Below, in pieces: positions 13,142 to 28,430 of a stretch of 64,000 nucleotides of DNA. A program made the translations under genes and the position numbers. Positions within the stretch are counted from its first letter, which is position 1, and every line of letters starts with the position of its first letter. The stretch lies in NCBI RefSeq assembly GCF_009914755.1, contig NC_060928.1; one strand, 5' to 3'. The notes under the pieces are model-generated. The model had not been told where the DNA came from and did no database searches. It saw only the letters and a program-made list of their open reading frames with translations. This DNA is from the human T2T-CHM13v2.0 reference genome, Homo sapiens.

Positions 13142-13478
13142 GTTGGGCATGGTGGCTCATGCCTATAATCCTAGCACTTTGGGAGGTTGAGGCAGGAGGA
13201 TTGCTTTAGGCAAGGAGTTTGAGACCAACCTGGGTAACACAGTGAGGCCACACCTCTACAAAAAATAAAAAGCCAGGCATGGTGGCACGTGCCTGTAGTA
13301 CTAGCTTGGGAAGCTGCAGTGGGCAGGTTGCTTGAGCCCAGGAGTTTGAGACTGCAATGAGCTGTGATTGCTCTAGGGCACTCCAGCCTGGGTGACAGCA
13401 AGACCCTGTCTCTAAAACAAAACAAAACACAATTAAAAAACCCCAAAACCAATAAATAAATAAATAAATAAATAATAA
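13142..13478 (+). mobile_element. Alu (AluJ-like) with (TAAA)n tail
   Basis: Dimer with a compound A-rich tail. Confidence 0.9.
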
Positions 13479-14128
13479 GTCAAATGATGTCTGTCACTTT
13501 TCACTTGGTTTACTGGAACTTTCCAAAGCAACTTTCCAAATTTCTGCTAAAATGGCACATTCCCCGGTCAGTTTCTCCTTAGCAGGATCCCAAAACTGCT
13601 TGCAGCCATTCTAATGCCAGAGACATCAGGCAAATGTGACAGACAGGAAGTTCTAGTGAAAGGAGACAGTTGTCTGAACCAGTTGTGGTTAAAATATCTT
13701 ACTTTTGAAAATTTTATGTAAACATATGACCAGGTGAGCACATTGCTGGGACCCCTTGAAAGGGTCATTAGCTCCATAGGAAACCTGCCACATCTCCCTG
13801 TAATTCTTCTGTTCCCCAGGAAGTGCCAGAGTTTGAGGACAATTTTGTATGACTTACTGGTTCCATTCTGTTGTTCTTGTCTGCACAAAAAAATTCATTT
13901 AGATCAGGTGGATGGAAAGTCAGTCTAAAATAGAAAAATTCAGAACTAGATTTTTTAAAAATATACTTTTTAAGGTACAAACTAGAAAACAAAAGACTGG
14001 TCTGGTTTTGTTCCTGGAATAACTTGACCTTGGGTAAATCACATACTAATTTATAAAATCAGAGGACTGGTGTATCTACCCAAGGAAATAAGTAGTTAAT
14101 TTCTAAGATCCCTTCTAACTCTAAATCT

Positions 14129-14740
14129 TGTAAACCAAAAATAAAATTCTAAGTCTCCCCAACCATTTTAATTCACCCATCCTCTGGGCCAAGAGCATTC
14201 CAAAGTTAACCTGAAAAACTAGTTCAGGCCATGATGGGAAGGGGAAGCCAGACATGCCTCATTATACCTGCCTCAGTTTTTAGAAGTACTGATAGAACAG
14301 ACTCTTTAAGTCTGGTAAGAAACATTTACAATCTATTCTCTGAAGCTTGCTACCTGGAGGCTTCCCCTACATGATAAAACCGTGGTCTCCACAACCCCTT
14401 ATCTTAACCCAGACATTCCTTTCTATCGATTCCAAGTCTTTAGACAGTAACTTAACAAATCTTTCGGCAAATTGCTAATGAGAAAATGTTTGAACCTACC
14501 TGTGATGTGGAAGCCCCTCTGCTTCTAGTTGCCCTGCCTTTCCTGAACAAACCAACGTATATCTTACTTGTATTGATTGATGTCATTTGCCTCCCTAAAA
14601 TGTATCAAGCCAAATTGTAGCCTGATCACCTTGAGCACATGTTCTCAGGAGCTGCTGAGGGGTGTGTCACAGGTCACTCACATTTGGCTCAGTATAAATC
14701 TCTTCAAATATTTTACAGAGTTTGACATTTTTCATCAACA
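14129..14740 (+). mobile_element. ERV1 solo LTR MER4A/B-like
   Basis: TGTAAACCAAAAATAAAATTCTAAG...TTTTCATCAACA. TSD atct/aact. Inserted into a MIR end. Confidence 0.85.
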
Positions 14741-17700
14741 AACTCTATGAACTTAATATGCATGTAGAATACACACTAGGCTGTTTCCAAGAAGACAGCA
14801 CATCAAGCCTCTTTAAAATTTAAAAATGAACTTGCAGTAATTACTTGTAATTAGTGTAATTATCTTTTATAAGTGTGCTACTAGGTTGGAATATTTTGGT
14901 TTTAGTAAATAGACTAAATGTTTGAACTAGTCACTATGTCATGCATATTATTAATTGGCCTAAAACCTCACATACGTCTATTATACTATGCAATTTTCAT
15001 ATAGTCCTATTTGTGGTGATTACCACAGATTCAGTATTGTCAAATTAATATATGTATAGGTATACATATACAGTACTTGGCAAAAGCATCCTTTGAATCA
15101 GTAGACTTTCTTTTCTGTTGTTGAAAATTTGGCACCTTCTAGGAAATGTGTGTTTTTAAAAATAAATAAAAGATAAAAGTCTTTTGCTATAATCTACTTT
15201 GTATTTCAAAGTTTTATTGTTTCTTGGGGAAGATTGACGCTATTGTCACCATAGTATTGCAACCAGCCAGTTTCTAAGTTTTCAGATCTGTGAAAGCAGG
15301 TGTTGGGCCCCATTCTTTCTTTCCCCAAAGGCCCTTATACAAATTGACACCATCCCTCCCCAGTGACCTGCTTTGCATTCCAGAGATCTCCAAGATGAAC
15401 AGGGATTCTTTTGTACACCCTTTATCATCCTCCAATGCCTCCTGGACAATACACTTCAAAACCAAGAGGGGCTGATCAAATGATTCTTCCTGGGACAAGA
15501 AGATGTGCTGCAGCTTCCATCTGCAGAGAGGAGACCAGCTGGAATAACTGAACACCTTCTCTGAATAGGTCCCTTGTTTGAAGTTGGCCTTAGTAAGTTC
15601 CCCATTACATAGACAACCAAGCAGATGCATGGCTAGTGATGCCACATATTGGGGGAAACTCTTAGACCCTAAGGACACTTACTAGGGTAACACTTATGGC
15701 CTATCCTTACCAACTGGCTTAAGTCTCCCTCAGGAGGTACTGGTGGTTTGGGAATAAGTTGCTGGCCTGCTTCATTCAGGCTTTTCCCCTCCCTTTCTGT
15801 TTTTGGGATTGGCCTGCCCCAGAGCACACACTCTGTTCTGCAGTTGGTTATGAAATACAGGCTCTGCATCTGTGGGTGAGACCTGTGCTTTTTCTAGGGC
15901 TGCCTGTGGCTGTGTGGGTGAGTCTGCCTAATTCTTGGGTTCAGTTATCAGGACACCCATTGTTGTTGCATACCTAAGCCACATGCTCCCTTTCAGCTTT
16001 TATGAGCAGTCAAGCTGCTGATTTTTACATCTTTATCTGCTTGATTCCTTTATACCTTTCAGTTGGTTCAGAGATTGAGTGGGGAAGAAGGCTGTTATGT
16101 ATATTGACTCTCTCAAACCTCCACACTATGTGCTAGCCACAGGAAACTAAATTAGTCAAGACATAGTTCCTTTGCAAGGTGAATGGACAATCTGGCAACT
16201 ATGAAGACCCCAAAATGACAAACTTGCAAGGATAGCGCACACCCAAAATTGGGCAGTCACAATTCTCTACCCCTTTATTCACCCAGCACAAGTTACTCCA
16301 CCCTCTGGATGAGCCATCACACAGGACTACTTGTGGACTTAACTATGTATATTGAAGCTAATGTTGAGAGTGGTATTGCAACATTTTTTTTTTTCTGTAT
16401 GTGTGTTGGAATGGGAGAGACTAGACAGGGAGGTGAGGGAAAGGGAGGAGCAAGCAGGCTGGAAACTCTTCAAGGCAGACTCTGGTGCTAACTGGTTGTA
16501 ACCTGCCAGGGCTCAGTGGGGTGCATTATCTCATCAGCCTGGTCCTGCTCATTTAATTCAGCAAACTCCATTTGAGCATGTGCTAAATGGCAGGTGCATT
16601 TCACATTCTTTGCCCTTGGTTTCAAGGTCCCTTCATTAGGCTGTGCTGGCATGCTTGGTCAAACTTCTGATTTAGACCAACTGATTAATCCTTGAACCCC
16701 AAATACAACTTTTCTTTGCTTTACTTTGTTCCTTTTCTCGGTGTCACTCTGTTCAGCTGGAATGGGCTTCTCCCAATCCCTGCCGTTTGTGATCCTCTGC
16801 ATCCGTCCAAGCCATCTGCCTTGACTGCCTGAGTGGATGTGAGCTTTTACTTTACAGGGACCCTTCTTCTGCTATTCTTGAATCTGTTTCTTTAATGAGT
16901 AACCAGATGAATTTCATTTTCTTCTCCAGATTCTCTCTGGTGGGGCCCCTGAATTGGTTTTTCATAGTTCTGTCCCATCAGGCGTCTGATATAAAATGAC
17001 CTCACAGACACAGAAGCAATCTCATACTTCTCAAAAGACACATATGGGTATCTATTTGATTTATAGTTTTAGATATCCTGTTTCAGCTCAGATTATACAC
17101 TTTTGGAGGGATGTATGTTTTGCATCTTTTAAGATACTTAACAACTGATATTTAATTAATAGCAACAGAGAATGCACAAGTTTCACCCCAAATTCTGTAA
17201 GACACATATCAGAGAAGTCTACTATGAACTCAAAATGCTTTATCCTAAAACTTCATATGCATTTTGCATTCTTCTCTGTAGTATATCCATGCTTGTTTTA
17301 ATATAAAAATGTTATGAATTGCTTACCCTGAATAAACCTAATGCTCCAAGCAGATCTGCAATGTTGAATTGCTGAGTCTATACCATTTGATACACTGCCA
17401 CCTACCCCTGTCGTGTATTTCAGTTTCAGAAGCATGGGTAGTAGATGCTCAAGAAATGTTTATTGAATGAAGAAACGAATGAGAAATTTGATAATACTAA
17501 TGGAATTCTTGTATTTAGGTAACTCCTTCTAGAAATTTATACATTGAGTCACAGTTTTCCAAGGGAGCTAACTCACAGCATGATGTAAGTTGCATTTGAT
17601 CTGTGGTTTCTTTCAAGTCAGACCAGTTAGTGCACTGACGCAATCATTCTTTAATTGGCTTCACTTTGCTGGTGGGAAAATGGAGGCTCAGGAAGGTAAA

Positions 17701-18659
17701 TGAGCATCACAATATGCCATTCATAACTAGACCATCGCAGCTCTGCTTCTGGGGCCCCCAGGTGACTCTCTCCTTCATGCCCTCAGATCCTCAGATCATG
17801 CCCCCAACCCCTTCCAAAGGCAGCTCTTATCCTGCTGGACTGTGATCACCTGAGCTGACTCCACTTCTGGGCCATGAGCTCCTCCTGGCTGGGACTATGT
17901 CTTGCTCATCTCTATGCACTCAGGGATGATGATGGCCCCTCACCCACAGAGGGCTCACAGTTAATGTTCAGAGGATGACTACGTAAAAATGTATATATCC
18001 AAGAAACTGCTGAATGATCCATACATTTTTTTTTAAATATAGATTTTTGATTTCCTAGACATGCCTTCTAAGTAAACCTTAAAAAGAATCTGCTAGGATG
18101 GTGCTCTTGATGATAAGTCTAAGTGAAAGAAAACCTAATGTTCATGTTAGGATATGAACTCAATGTTTCTTAAAACTTTTTTATTTTATTTTTACTACAT
18201 TGAAAATGTTTGTTCAGGCAGACCTTTTTACTTTGGGGGCACCAAAGTGATTGATGCCCTTTAATCTCATTGAGAAACCCTCTTGGCCCTGGCCACAGGG
18301 ATAAATTTGGTTGGCACTTCTGGCTCTGCTGCTACAGGCACATGGCTTGTCTGGTCCTCTGTGGGGATATTAATTGCCATCACTGCTCCTTTTTTAGGAG
18401 CCTGTGTTATATCTGCTGCAGGACAAATGGCTTTTCATATATCCACAGAGTTGTATATTCATCATCACTTTTGGAACATTTTCATCATCCTCCAAAGAAA
18501 CTCCATACCCTTTTGTCATCACTCTCTAACCTCCCCTACCCTCCCATCCTCTGCCCTCATCACCCCCTGCAACACATACATGCATGGGAAACTAGCCATG
18601 TGCACAATGAGAAAGCTCTGTTGCAAATACAATAAGTGACTTTGAATATGAATGTCAGG

Positions 18660-18820
18660 ATTATTATTATTATTTTAATTTATTTAATTTATTTATTTTT
18701 TTTAGAGATAAGGTCTCACTATGTTATCCAGGCTGGTCCTGAACTCCTGGGCTCAGGCAGTACTCCAACCTAGGCCTCCCAAAGTGCTGGGATTACAGGT
18801 TTGAGCTACCACACCTGGCT
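18660..18820 (-). mobile_element. Alu left-arm monomer (FLAM-like)
   Basis: Single arm with an AT-rich tail. Confidence 0.85.
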
Positions 18821-18894
18821 GCAAGGATTACTTTGTTTTCAAGTGACTAAAACCCAGACTAAACAGTCTTGGACAAAAGGGAGAATTTTCTGAC

Positions 18895-19422
18895 TGTAAT
18901 GGTAATTTTATATGTCAACTGGGCCTTGGGGTGCCCAGATATTTGGTTACATATTATTTCTGGGTTTGTGTGTGAGAGTGATTTTGGGTGAGACTAACAT
19001 CTGAATCAGTAGACTGAGTAAAGCAGATTGCCCTCCCAAATGTGAGTTATCCTCTTCCAACCAGTTGAAGGCCTGAATAGAACAAAAAGGCTGGCCCTCC
19101 CCCAGATAAAAAAAGGAACTCTTCCTGCCTGACCACTTTGAGCTGGCAGTCAGTCTTTTTCTGTCTTCTGACTCAAACCAAAACATCTGGTCGTCTTGGG
19201 TCTTGAGCCTCCTGGCTCTTGGACTGGACTTACACCATTGGCTCTTCTGGATCTCCAGCTTAGCAACTGCAGATCTTGGGGCTTCTCAGCTTCCATAATC
19301 ATATGAGCCAATTTCACATAATAAATCTCTCTCTCCACCCCCCTCTCCCACCACACAGACACTCACATACTCACAGACACATTCTATTGGTTCTACTGGT
19401 CTGGAGAACGCTGACTCATACA
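18895..19422 (+). mobile_element. ERVL solo LTR MLT2-family
   Basis: TGTAATGGTAATTTTATATGTCAAC...GGAGAACGCTGACTCATACA. 5-bp TSD ctgac/ttgac. Confidence 0.85.
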
Positions 19423-19544
19423 TTGACTAATAGGATCCATGGAACTATTGAACAACCAAACCATTGAAAGAGCACAGATGCAGCTGGATCGTAAAACAGA
19501 ATGAGGGGCTCAAATGCTGCCGAGAGTCTTCTTCCTCCCTGCTT

Positions 19545-19833
19545 TTCCTTTATTTTTTATTTTTGTTTTTCTGAGATGGGGTATCACTCTCTCACTCAGG
19601 TTGGAGTGCAGTGGTGCAGTCTCAACTCACTGTAACCTCAGCCTCCCAGGCTCAAGCAATCCTCCCACCTCAGCCTCCTGAGTGGCTGGGACCACAGGTG
19701 CATACCATTACTCCTGGCTAATTTGTTGTATTTTTGGTAGAGACGGCTGGTCTTGAATTCCTGGGATCAGGTGATCCACCTGCCTTGGTCTTCAAAGTAC
19801 TGAGATTACAGGAATAAGCCACCATGCCTGGTC
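19545..19833 (-). mobile_element. Alu (AluJ-like)
   Basis: Antisense dimer with a small deletion. Confidence 0.9.
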
Positions 19834-19899
19834 CTTTATTTTTAATTGACAAGTAAAAATTGTGTATAGTTTTGGTGGTGCACACGTGATAGTTTTTTC

Positions 19900-20207
19900 T
19901 CTTCTTCTTCTTTTTTTTTTTTTTTGAGACAGAGTCTCGCTGTGTTGTCCAGGCTGAAGTGCAGCAGTATGATCTCGCTCACTGCAACATCCACCTCCTG
20001 GGTTGAAGCAATTCTCCTGCCTCAGCTTTCTGAATAGCTGGGATTACAGGTGCAAGCCACCATGCCCAGATAATTTTTGTATTTTTAGTAGAGATGAGAT
20101 TTCAGCATGTTGGCCAGGCTGGTCTTGAACTGCTGACCTCAAGTGATCTGCCCGCCATGGCCTCCCAAAGTGTTGGGATGACAGGTGTGAGCCACCATGC
20201 CAGGCCG
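19900..20207 (-). mobile_element. Alu (AluS-like)
   Basis: Antisense dimer with poly(T). Confidence 0.92.
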
Positions 20208-20428
20208 ATATTTTGATATATGTATACATTTTGGAATAACTAAATCAATCTAATCCAAGGAACTTCTTTCTTCTCTGCCCTTTTATTAATGTAGAATTCA
20301 TTTTCTTCTGATACAAGCCACCTTACTCTGCAAGGTGGGAAACACAAAACACCTCCCCTGCTTTACATTACATGACCTCCTCACCAAAAAAGATAAAAAC
20401 AGTTCTGAAGCCTAAAGCTGCCAATATT

Positions 20429-21128
20429 GGCCAGGTGTGGTGACTTATGGCTGTAATCCCCACACTTTGGGAGGCTGAGGTGGGAGGGTCACTTGACCCC
20501 AGGAATTCAAGGTTACAGTGAGGTATGATTACACCACCGCTTGGGCAACATAGCAAGGCCCTGATATGGTTTGGCTCTGTGGCCCCACTCAAATCTCATC
20601 TTGAATGGTAATCCCCATGTGTCAAGGGAGGAACCTGGTGGGAGGTGATTGGATCATGTGGGTGGTTCCCCCATGTTGTTTTCATGATAGTGAGTGGGTT
20701 CTCATGAGATCTGATGGTTTAAAAGTGTGGCGCTTCCCCCTGCTCCTCCTGCCGCCATGTAAGAGGTGCCTTGCTTCTCCTTCACCTTCCATCATGATTG
20801 TAAGTTTCCTGAAGACTCCCAGCCATGCAGAATGGAACTGAGAGTCAATTAAACCTCCTTTCTTTAGAAATTACCCAGTCTCAGGTAGCATCTTTATAGC
20901 AGTGTGAAAACAGGCTAATACAAACCCCATCTCTACACAAAATTTTAAAAAATTAATTGGATGTGGTGGTGCATACCTGTAGTTCTAGCTACTTGGGAGG
21001 CTGAGGTGGGAGCATCACTTGAGCCTGAGCCCAGGAGTTCAAGGCTGCAGCGGGCTATAGATTTTGCCACTGTACTCCAGCCTCAGTGACAAAGGGAAAT
21101 CCTGTCTCTAAATAAATAAATAAATAAA
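20429..21128 (+). mobile_element. AluJ-like element split by a THE1/MST LTR
   Basis: Left arm at 20429-20561; remainder at 20923-21128 with (TAAA)n tail. Confidence 0.85.
20562..20922 (+). mobile_element. MaLR solo LTR THE1D/MSTA-like
   Basis: TGATATGGTTTGGCTCTGTG...GGCTAATACA. Degenerate 5-bp TSD ggccc/aaccc. Confidence 0.88.
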
Positions 21129-21449
21129 TTACCAATATGGACAAAGTTCCCCAGGAAGACAATCAGGCCAACCTTCAAAAATCATTAATGATTTGTGGAG
21201 TGAAGTTTCTTCTGGGGAAGTATGGTAATATTGTGCTTCAAACTTCATATAGCCTACAAAACAGAAGTAATGGTTAGTGGCACCCAACATCTGGGTTACT
21301 AAGTGAAGATATAATAAAAATTAAGAGGCATGTTTATGTCACACCATATGCTTAAAATCTAATAATAGTAATGATGCAGACATATAGGTACAATAAAATC
21401 TGTGGGAGGTGTCATGAAATTAAGGTTAAACACAAGGGTAAAATAAGGA

Positions 21450-21830
21450 TGGACTGTTCATGCAGTCAGATGAGTGCATTCTGGTCAATGGGTTGGAAGT
21501 AGAAGTCAGGTATGCAACTTTTAGGGAATGTCCTGAAAGGGTGGTCCCCTGTCCTTCTCCTTCCTTTTTCTTATTCTTGTAAGTTAGACTGAGAATGTGA
21601 AGCTTGAAGCTGAAGCAGCTGTCCTGAACCATGAAACGAAGGATGCCTGTTGAGGATGGTGAGTACCCGGATAGAAAGAGCCCAGGCTCTTGACACCTGT
21701 GGAGCAAGCACACCAGCCCTGGATTACTTATGGCAACCTTTATGTGACAGAGATAAAATCTCAATTTCGTTCAAGTCACTATTATTTTGGAATTCCTCTC
21801 ACACTTGGCTAAACCTGGGGATGAATAATT
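21450..21830 (+). mobile_element. Ancient ERVL LTR relic (LTR16-like)
   Basis: Motifs ttctggtcaatggg...agaagt and gcagctgtcctgaaccatga. Confidence 0.4.
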
Positions 21831-23054
21831 GCAATATGGTGTTTCCTATTCTAATAATTTTTCAATCTCAATGGATTGTACTAACATGCATGGGGTAGAA
21901 TTATGACATTTGCAGCCATGAAAGGCCTCAAAAAAAACTTACTTCCCATGCACTCTTTCTCAGGAAGCTGCTGGAGTAAACCAGTCAAGAGGAAGACATA
22001 GGATCCTATAAAGAGGGAGTCGAGTATGGGAGAGAGATGAAGCAATGTCTCCAATGAGGCTGAAGGGAAGTTCAGGACAACAGCCCTGCAGCAAGCTTGG
22101 AAAGCAGATTGCCCAGATTGGAGCAGAAGAGCAGAGAACACCAGGAGGGATGACTTCAGAGAAAAAGGGAGCTGATAGAATACCTCATGGTCTTGATGGT
22201 CCTGAGGTTTTACAGGACTGGAGGATAGTTTGGGAATGAGTTTGTGATTGTCACAGTTAAGTAAACAAACAAACAAACAAATTAACAAAAAATCAATTAT
22301 AAACGAAAGAGAACACAATAATTAGATGAGAAATAAAATATAATTAAGCGTTCTGCATGATTAGCAGTGATGCAATCTTAATATGATAAACACATTATTG
22401 ATTTAATCAAAATTTGAGAAATAGTTGAAACAACTATATTGAGTGGGAGAAGGTGTGTGTATGTGGGGGGTATGCGTGCATGTTATGTATCTGTGTGCAT
22501 GTGTTTCTAGGGGAGAAGCACTGTAAGAGATTTAACCCTTCATCTTCTACAATAAAAACAATGATGTCAAAATATTTAAAAATCAAGAAAAAGCAATATG
22601 GAAGTGAACGCTGAAAAAATAGCTATGAAGATGTTTGCCCCTGACGAATAGGAATTAGGGATGGGATGGGTAGGGCCAGGAGAAAGAAGTTTTGTCCTTA
22701 CTGTGTGAATCTTAGAACTGTTTTGATAAAATTAAAAATTTCACTGTGATAAAAATAATAACTTAACAAAATAAAATAAACTTTTTGACTATATAATCTT
22801 TAAGCTCCTTGAAGTGATTGGATGGAATGCAAGAAAAAGAAATAAAGGGGAAGGGAGAGTATTATTGGGAAGAACCAGTCTGTAGAACAAAAATCCCAGC
22901 CTAAAATGATTTATGCAGCTTTGTCTTTGTTATCTATCAATAAGAAACAATGTTCATTTGTTCACTCATTCATTCATTTGCACCCACCAAATATCTGCTG
23001 AGCACCTGGTATATGCCATGCTCTGCTACTGATTATCCGAACATCAAAGATGAA

Positions 23055-23420
<366 letters not shown>

Positions 23421-23499
23421 TCACCCCCACAGAGTTTTCATTCTAATCTTGGTGCTCCATACTCTGCTCACCACCAAGTAACTTTAGTACTGTTATCTT

Positions 23500-23690
23500 C
23501 TCAGAGCATACTCTGGGTCAATCATTTGATGCATGGCTCAAATCCTCACAATTCTGCAAAGGAGACTTTACAGATGAGGAAACTGAGGCTCGGAAAGGTT
23601 AAGTAGCTTCTCTGATTTTACTTGGAAGGCTGGAGTCCAGATGTGAACCCAGGAGAGACTGATGCAACAACCTATTCTCCTTCCATCACT
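23500..23690 (-). mobile_element. MIR
   Basis: tttacagatgaggaaactgaggctcggaaaggttaagt core. Confidence 0.7.
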
Positions 23691-23913
23691 TTCTCAGTGT
23701 GGTTAGTGAGGATGGCAGCTTCCATTCATCCAGTTGTCTGTTGTATGCCAGGTATGGGGCTCAGTGATTTACATGCTATAGTGGACACTCATTTGTTTTG
23801 ACCTTTTCTCCTTTGGTGCTGAAAATGCCAGTCACTTGTTTCTCCAGGCTTTCTTGCAGCAAGGACACATGGTCTAATCTCTATCAGTTAGACTTCAACT
23901 CAGGATCTATTGA

Positions 23914-24370
23914 TGCCAAGCATTCCTTTGGCAGCATGGAGCTGCTGTGCCACTCAGCTATGCCTTCAAGATAACCTGCTGTGAAGAGTGTAATTAACTG
24001 ACAGCCTTTGGCATCTGCTGCAGCATTCATTCTATGAGTCTCTGTTCTGTCTAGGCAGCTCCAGTCAATGAAAGGGCACAGAGAGGATACTGGAGCTGGG
24101 CCATTCCTCCCCAGTGCCAGATACTCTAATAGGCTCCCTTGCTGCCTGGCAGAGATGTTTGCAGAGGTCACTACCGTCTGAGTCTCTTCTTACCCAGTCC
24201 TCCCCTTCCCCTACTCCTTTCTAAGGTGCCAGATCCATATCACAGCTGAAGGTTCTCCCTTCCGACTCTTGCTCCCTCCCTCTTTGTCTTTCATGGGCAT
24301 TTCCCTCTTAATCTCTTCCACTTCTAATTCCAGCCTTGGAGTCTGCTTCCTAAAAGACCAATATTGACCC
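23914..24370 (+). mobile_element. Ancient ERVL LTR relic (LTR33-like)
   Basis: 3' end ttggagtctgcttcctaaaagacc... and internal ctggagctgggccattcct motifs. Confidence 0.4.
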
Positions 24371-25483
24371 ACCCTCTTTGGAAGTGATGGCAGAAACAGT
24401 AGCTGAAAAGGCAAGGTCGGGGGTCAGTGGTGGCTTTGGTGCTGGTGGCTGGAACAGTTTCGGGGTAGTTGAATTCTTAGCACCAACATGGCAGTGGGGC
24501 AACTGTGGAATCTGGTGTTCAGTGCAGCCAGTGGAGATCTTTTCAGATCAGTTATGCAGCATGGTTTTTGGCCATTGTTCCTGGAAGTTTAGCCTTGAGC
24601 AAGCTAGTCAGTGGTAAAGCTGGGATTCAAACACAGGTTGGTTTATCTCCGAGGTCCCACTCTTCATAGTTGTGTCAATCCTCCCCATTTTTCTAGTTCA
24701 AAGAATGTAGTGATTTCACATGCGATCTCTGTTTAAAAATCCGACAGAGCATTCTGGGGGTGGGGAAGACTGGATCCCTGCCTGTACTGATTGCCCTGGA
24801 TGGTGTTTACTGAACAAATTATCATCTCAGGCAGTATAACAATTCCTAGAGGAGAAATTAGTTGAAACATTAAACTCCCATTTTGTAACTTGATTCTCTT
24901 TCTCTTTTTCCGGTGCCTAGAGGGGCATAGGATGAATGCTCAATGGGATTCCCTTTAATTTTTATACCCTCTTAACTCTCTCAGAGGAAAAAGGAGGCTG
25001 GGAGTGTCACAGTTTGGGCAATGCTAGTTCTGTAATAAGTAAACCCCGTCTTTTCGGTGGTCTAAGACAATCACACATAACAGCTCAAAGTCAGTGTTCC
25101 TAGCAAGGGCTCCCTTCCTCTTGTGGCTCAGCCTTTCCCCAGGGCCTTATTATCACAAGCAGAAGAGGAAAGAGGGGTGAAAAAAACCACTTTTAAATCT
25201 TCTTCTCTGGAAGTGACACAACTCAGTGACTCTGGCCACATTCAGTTGGTGAGAACTAATCACACAAAACCCTGGAGATGCCAGGGGAGCTGAGAAATGC
25301 AGCCCCTGGCTGGCAGTTCCTCTCCAGGAACTACTCTATAGATGATGGAGGATAAGCACGATGTTTGGTTGATAGTTAACCTCCTCTGCCATAGGGGGCT
25401 TCCACTTTCTTTCCATTCAAGGAAAGAAACCCACCTGTCTCAGTGGAGAGAGGCGGACAAAGTGCACGCCGTCGTTTCTTTAG

Positions 25484-26120
<637 letters not shown>

Positions 26121-26446
26121 TGAGTAAACTCGGAAAACACCTGGGGTCTGAGTCTGCTGATCTTAAGCAAAACCCAGTGCCCTGGAGATTCTAGCTAAAA
26201 TAGAACCAAGGACCATCAGCTCCGTAGAGAATATCATTACTTTTTGTTGGAGACAATGTAAACTCTCTATTTAAAATAAACTACGTGGCAAAAAAAAAAA
26301 GTGTTCATGTTTTCTAGGTGGGGAGTCTGTTTGACTATTCCCATAAACAAAACAACCTAAATAGCCTTCAAAATGGGAATGGTTAAGTAAATTATGTAAT
26401 CATGTTATGAAATAATATTACTATTAATATTTATAAGTCACGTTGC

Positions 26447-26761
<315 letters not shown>

Positions 26762-26809
26762 TTAATGTATTAGACAAAAAAAAAAAAGCAGGTTAGAAAA
26801 GATGATCAT

Positions 26810-26935
26810 TATTGCTTGAGCCCTGGAGGTCGAGGCTGTATTGAGCTGAGATCACACCATTGTACTCCAGCCTGGGAGACAGAGGGAGACTGTCTCAAAA
26901 AAAGAAAAAGAAAAGAAAAAGAAAAAGAAAAGAAA
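26810..26935 (+). mobile_element. 5'-truncated Alu right arm with (GAAAA)n tail
   Basis: attgcttgagccctggaggtcgaggctg... followed by the tail. Confidence 0.85.
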
Positions 26936-27441
26936 CTAGCAAAAGCAATGAACTAGATATAGTCACAATAAATAATTTCTGTTATAGCCTCATATGTATC
27001 TGATCAGATATTTATAAATGGAAATCTGTGTGCTTTGTAATACAATCTTCAGTCGAACATGAGGTTTTTATTTAGTAGAACATAGTTTTTAACTCAAAAA
27101 AACCTCCAAAACAAAGATGATCATTAAATAACTACTAATCAATTACAAATTAACATGAAAAGAACAGAGCTATACATTCTTATTAAAAAAGAGGGCTGCA
27201 ATAGATTGCATTATTGTTCAAAACACTTCCTGCCTCTTTTGCGTAGATGCTGCCCCATTGAGGTTGTCTTGGCCACTGTGTTTGCTGAGTGTGAGAGGAA
27301 GAGATGTGGTCTTCTATGAGACCTGCAAGTGGAGACTGCCCCTTCAGCCAGAGTCCTGGATCATGATGGAGTGCAGTTGCAGCCATCCCACGATAGACAT
27401 GATACAAGGGAGAAATAGACCTTTGTCACTGAACTTAGCTT

Positions 27442-27599
27442 CAGCGGAGATGAAGTGCCACTGTACTCCAGCCTGGCGACAGAGCGAGACTCCGTCTTAA
27501 AAAAAAGAAAAAAAAATAAGTATGCAAATGGTAACTTGAGGTCCAAAAAGAGATTCCAACAGCAATGAAAAGACAGTGGCCTTCAAAATTAAATTAATA
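27442..27599 (+). repeat. Local duplicate of 28745-28897, flanked by a 12-bp direct repeat
   Basis: Direct alignment of the two copies; tgaacttagctt at 27430-27441 and 27600-27611. Confidence 0.93.
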
Positions 27600-27713
27600 T
27601 GAACTTAGCTTTTCCTAAAGTGGCAGAGGTGTTTTTAAAATTAATGAGCATAATTGAGGGCCTGAACTGGTATTAAGGGGGTTCTCCTTATCTTACCTCT
27701 TTAAAGAAAAGGA

Positions 27714-28005
27714 AGCCAGCTATGGAGGCTCATGTCTGCAATCCCAGCACTTTAAGAGACAAAGGCAGGAGGATTGCTTGAGCCCGGGAGTTCGAGACAT
27801 AGTGAGACTCTGTCTCTACAAAAATTTTTAAAAATTAGTCAAGTGTGGTGATGCGTGTCTGTAGTCTCAGCTACTTGGGAGTCTGACGGGGGGGCAGATT
27901 GCTTGAGCCCAGGAGTTCCAGGCTGCAGTGAGCTGTGATCCATGCCACCGCACCCTACTCTGGGCGACAGAGTGAGAACCTGTCTCAAAAAGAAAAAAAA
28001 GAAGA
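27714..28005 (+). mobile_element. Alu (AluJ-like)
   Basis: Dimer with tail. Confidence 0.9.
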
Positions 28006-28080
28006 GGATTTCTATTTTTCTCTAGGTGAACAGAAGGTCTTTATTATATGATAAAAGGGATTATCTACTAGTAGAGAGTC

Positions 28081-28430
<350 letters not shown>

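Noticed and set aside
21881-22318. 145-aa minus-strand ORF
   Set aside because: Lies in a probable old L1/HAL1-like relic; no motif recognised.
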